From NCBI GenBank assembly GCA_051984705.1, contig JBPYFC010000264.1, positions 1 through 25,743 of the forward strand: 25,743 nt of DNA. Reading direction: 5' to 3'. This document shows positions 25,088 through 25,743 of the stretch, one piece after another. Position 1 is the stretch's first letter, and every line of letters starts with the position of its first letter. The DNA is from Chthoniobacterales bacterium (lineage in GTDB: Bacteria; Verrucomicrobiota; Verrucomicrobiia; Chthoniobacterales; JAFAMB01). Both the position numbers and the translations under genes were made by a program. The notes beneath the pieces were generated by a model. The model was not told the origin of the DNA and ran no database searches. It was given only the letters and a program-made list of their open reading frames with translations.

Positions 25088-25716
25088 ACTATCTCGTCAC
25101 GGCGACAGATACTGGCGTCGGAAAAACGTTCGTTACCGTCGGGCTGATCAACGCTGCGCGTCTGGCTGGCATCGACTGTATCGGGATGAAACCAATCGCT
25201 GCGGGCGACAACAATGATACTCGCGCGATTATGGCCGCCCAACAGGGATGCGAACCAGAACATCTGGTTAGCCCGTTTTGGTACAGAACTCCAGTCGCGC
25301 CATACACAGCCGCAATGATTGAGAACCGGCCGGTCGATCTAACAGCAATTCGTAAAGCCTTTGAAGAGATTGCAAGCCGTCATCGCACTGTCTTGGTAGA
25401 GGGTGCAGGCGGCTTTCTGGTTCCTATTCTGGCAAGCTACGGTTTCAGGGATCTGGCCAAAGAGCTTGGCTTGTCCGTGATAGTAGTGGCCGCTAATCGA
25501 CTGGGCGTCATCAATCACACGCGACTGACCGTCGAATCGATCGGGAACGCAGGGCTCGAATGCTCCGCCGTAATTTTAAATCATCCGCCAGGGCCGGACG
25601 ATTTGTCGCAGCTGACAAACCAGAGCCTGTTGGAGCATCTATTGAAGATCCCAGTGTTGCGGGTCGAAAAGGATCAAAGCGATTTTTCGGAGTTGGTAGA
25701 GCAGCTGGCATTGTGA
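25084..25716 (+). CDS. bioD: Dethiobiotin synthase
   Basis: VTATDTGVGKT, GMKPIAAG, VLVEGAGGFLVP and LGVINHTRLT. GTGA overlap with the glmM stop. Confidence 0.93.
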   Translation: MNYLVTATDTGVGKTFVTVGLINAARLAGIDCIGMKPIAAGDNNDTRAIMAAQQGCEPEHLVSPFWYRTPVAPYTAAMIENRPVDLTAIRKAFEEIASRHRTVLVEGAGGFLVPILASYGFRDLAKELGLSVIVVAANRLGVINHTRLTVESIGNAGLECSAVILNHPPGPDDLSQLTNQSLLEHLLKIPVLRVEKDQSDFSELVEQLAL

Positions 25717-25743
25717 ATGGGCTCCGTCGAGCTTCCAGGTCGA

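Noticed and set aside
245-25711. The many 60-180 aa ORFs overlapping or antisense to recognised genes (e.g. 4123-4662, 7030-7581, 8272-8787, 20931-21677, 22821-23279)
   Set aside because: They are shadow frames of well-supported genes in GC-rich DNA and show no recognisable motifs.
25732-25743. 12-nt match (cttccaggtcga) with 11922-11933
   Set aside because: Multiple 12-mer matches are expected by chance in 25 kb, and the window ends before any extension can be tested.
1-25743. tRNA, rRNA, tmRNA, SRP or RNase P genes, prophage, defence or toxin-antitoxin loci
   Set aside because: I found no recognisable signatures by eye, and the intergenic gaps are short and mostly accounted for. An Infernal or tRNAscan run would be the definitive test.

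Overview
A roughly 55% GC bacterial core-genome window. Gene content, protein style and intergenic repeats suggest Verrucomicrobiota, probably Chthoniobacterales/Spartobacteria; this is inference, with no database search. About 27 protein genes: mutL(-); A-type Fe-S carrier and a bitopic hypothetical(+); a flavodoxin-less CysJ-like reductase(-); two tandem CNNM/CorC-family genes(-); then a long + strand run: DUF309, peptidase S11 homolog, Lrp plus class I aminotransferase, sugar-phosphate nucleotidyltransferase, nadE, ispA, rplU-rpmA, trmL, lolD-like ATPase, ilvE, mcsA-mcsB-clpC, folP-cdaA-(small ORF)-glmM-bioD. I see no rRNA, tRNA, CRISPR array, transposase, prophage or defence genes, and no clearly new multi-gene system. 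The best leads are: (1) an unannotated 49-aa membrane ORF in the cdaR slot between cdaA and glmM that looks like a CdaR anchor with no YbbR domains; (2) a DD-carboxypeptidase homolog whose catalytic SxxK serine is Asp; (3) a 273-bp MITE-like element with nested inverted repeats; (4) five different 6-8-mer tandem arrays in intergenic gaps; (5) mcsA-mcsB-clpC without an adjacent ctsR.
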